Part shown: positions 61,053 to 64,000 of the stretch, piece by piece | How the letters are laid out: each line of letters opens with the position of its first letter | How positions within the stretch are numbered: position 1 is the first letter of the stretch | Assembly (NCBI GenBank): GCA_964016885.1 | Contig: OZ024761.1 | Coordinates: 31,558,001 to 31,622,000, forward strand | Reading direction: 5' to 3' | DNA: 64,000 nt | From: Eledone cirrhosa | Lineage: Eukaryota | Position numbers and translations under genes: made by a program | Notes under the pieces: model-generated | The model's input: only the letters and a program-made list of their open reading frames with translations | Database searches by the model: none | Told to the model about the DNA's origin: nothing

Positions 61053-61645
61053 GTTGGTGCTACTGGTAACATGTATCCCAGTACAACCTGTCTCATGGTC
61101 GGGTCGTTGGCGACTAAACTGGCAACCCCACCAAGGTTTCTTGGTGAGGAGGGTGACTTTGGACATCCTGCAGGACTAAAAACCTGTCAAAGGGCAAAGG
61201 AGCTCTTAAGAGTCAATGGTCATCCAAAATCACCGGGAGAGATGACCCCTTAGCCTTTGTCAAGGCAGAATTCTAGGAGAAGGAAAACTCTGATATAACA
61301 CCTGCAACCCTGATGGTATCCAATGATGTTGACTTGTTCTTCTTTTTGGTAAATATCATCTTGGTTAAGAGAGTGGGACTGGCTTTGTGCAGTGCCTTTG
61401 CTCACTATAAAAGCTTCACGGCACAGGCATTGCTTTATATCTGGAGATCTCTCTGCACTTGTCGTCACATGGTAGCATGGGCCCAGCACTATGTGTTAAT
61501 AATTGTCATAAGTGTAGTGTTTTTACCAGAGTTTTCAAGTCGCTGGCTGGACTAAAAAGTCACACTCGTTCAGCGCATCGGTGGGAGTTCTCCTACATGA
61601 ATATAAAGTAGTGGCCGTACTCGAAAACGAGTTGGCAGCCACCAT
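61053..61645 (+). mobile_element. Non-autonomous RTE derivative (copy of 25011-25622); a related 3' fragment lies at 60865-61010
   Basis: Reverse-complement identity to 25011-25622. Inserted in (TATG)n. Confidence 0.75.
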
Positions 61646-61949
61646 GTATGTATGTATGTATGTATGTATGTATGTATGTTCTTCTGGTTTTATAATTTCA
61701 CAAATTTTTACCAATAGAGAGGGAGTCGATTTCTAACATAAACACAAGACTTCATTGAAATTTAGACAACATCACTAGGTAGATATGTTTGCATGTCTGC
61801 ATGTGTATGGATGTTATTGTATGTCTGCATGTGTATATGCTTTGTATCTGTACATGTGTATAAGCAGTTATTAGATGTATGCATGTATATATATATATAT
61901 ATATATGTATAATTGTATATGTATATATATGTATGTATAATTGTATATG

Positions 61950-61981
<32 letters not shown>

Positions 61982-62729
61982 TAATTAAGTATGTATATAT
62001 ATATATAATATATATATATGTATAATTGTATATATATATATCTATATATGTATAATTGTATATGTATGTATAATTGTATATGTATATATATATATATATA
62101 TGTATAATTGTATATGTATATATATATATGTATAATTGTATATGTATATATATATATATGTATAATTGTATATGTATATATATATATATGTATATATATA
62201 TGTATGTATAATTAAGTATGTATATGTATATATATATATATATATATGTATAATCATGTATGTATGTATATATATATTTATGTATATATATGTATATATA
62301 TATATGTGTATGTATATATATATGTATGTATGTATAATTATGTATATATACACACATACATATACACGCATATATATATATATATATACATGAAATAGAG
62401 AGAGGAAATATCTGTTCCACCCCTGTACTGCTCTGGTACTTTATTTATCGACCTCGAGAGGAGAATGAATGACAAAGTTAAACTCAGCGGGATTCGAACT
62501 CAGAGTGAAGAGATCCGGCCCGGAACACGAATGTACCGCAAGGTGTTCTAACCGACACTCTACCGACTCTGCCAAATTCTTCGTCCTCGTTGACAGTATA
62601 CAGTAGACTAAATAGCAGCGTAGCGTTCTGCTATTCCTACTGTCATACTTCACCCCTCTGCAAACCATTATACAATATTTATCGATCGCTGTGGCTGGAG
62701 TGACAGTCTAATTGAGTTAAAGTGTAGCT

Positions 62730-63087
62730 GCTGCTGTTACTACTGCTGCTGTGGTTGTTGCTGCTGCTGCTACTACTACTATTACAACTATTATTACTAC
62801 TACTACTACTATTAGTAGTAGTATTACAACTACTACTACTACTACTACTACTATTAGTAGTAGTAGTATTACAACTATTACTACTACTACTTCTACTACT
62901 ACTATTACTACTAGTATTACTACCACTGCTACTATTATTATTATTACTAGTACTACTACTTTTACTACTACTACTACTACTATTACTACTACCACTGTCA
63001 AAATTATTATTACTACTAGTTTTACTACTACTACTACTATTATCACTACTGCTGCTGCTACCACTAATACCACCGCTTCTGCTATTT

Positions 63088-63160
<73 letters not shown>

Positions 63161-64000
63161 CACCACGATAATACTAATAATGCTACCATTGTTGATACCA
63201 TTACTACTATAGGTGCGACTAATACCACCGCAGCTACTATTAATAATAATACTACCTTTGTTAATACTACTACTACTACTACTACTACTACTATAGTAGT
63301 AGTGGTAGTAGTAGTAGTAGTAGTACTAGTAGTAGTAGTAGTAGTGCTGCTGTTACACTGGAAAGGTCTTCACAACACTGAATAGAACGACTACATCAAT
63401 AACAACAGTGACAACGTCAGCACCAACAACACCAACAACACCAACAACACCAACAACACCACCAACACCAACAACACCAACAACACCAACAACACCAACA
63501 ACAACACCAACAACACCAACAACACCAACAACACCAACACCAACAACACCAACACCAACAACAACACCAACACCAACAACACCAACAACACCAACAACAC
63601 CAACAACACCAACAACAACACCAACAACACCAACAACACCAACAACACCAACACCACCAACACCACCAACACCACCAACACCACCAACACCACCAACAAC
63701 ACCAACAACACCAACAACAACACCAACAACAACACCACCAACAACACCAACAACACCAACAACACCAACAACACCAACGCCACCAACACCAACACCACCA
63801 ACACCACCAACAACAACAACACCACCAACAACAACAACACCACCAACAACAACAACACCACCAACAACACCACCAACAACACCAACAACACCACCAACAC
63901 CAGCAACACCAACAACAACAACAACAACACCAACAACACCAACAACAACACCAACAACACCAACAAAGATAACGACAGCAGCAACAACAACAACAATAAC
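62730..64000. repeat. (CTA)n, (TAG)n and (CAA/CAC)n trinucleotide tracts
   Basis: Direct inspection. Confidence 0.9.

Overview
Repeat-saturated, AT-rich animal genomic DNA, most likely an octopod cephalopod (inferred from abundant OK/OR-like tRNA-derived SINEs and very long (TA)n tracts). There is one 200-N scaffold gap. Nearly all ORF-track entries are microsatellite artefacts. The only host gene I can support is on the + strand: two phase-compatible exons of a voltage-gated proton channel (Hv/HVCN1-family) gene, 4115-4239 (S0-S1) and 18049-19391 (a ~430-aa extracellular S1-S2 loop plus S2). It carries Glu at the Asp112 selectivity-filter position and Met at the Phe150 gasket position. I found no S3/S4 exons, so the rest of the window is probably intron. 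The introns hold many short elements inserted in (TA)n, often as fold-back palindromes or tandem copies, that carry type I hammerhead ribozyme motifs from at least 8 unrelated families. One family is physically linked to a Penelope-like ORF fragment, and one has a U3-A8 core with a long stem I. Also present: a Helitron with a decayed PIF1 helicase, a twin-primed RTE insertion, a CRE fragment, non-autonomous RTE derivatives, three MITEs, and SINE-derived tandem arrays. All calls were made by eye, without database searches.
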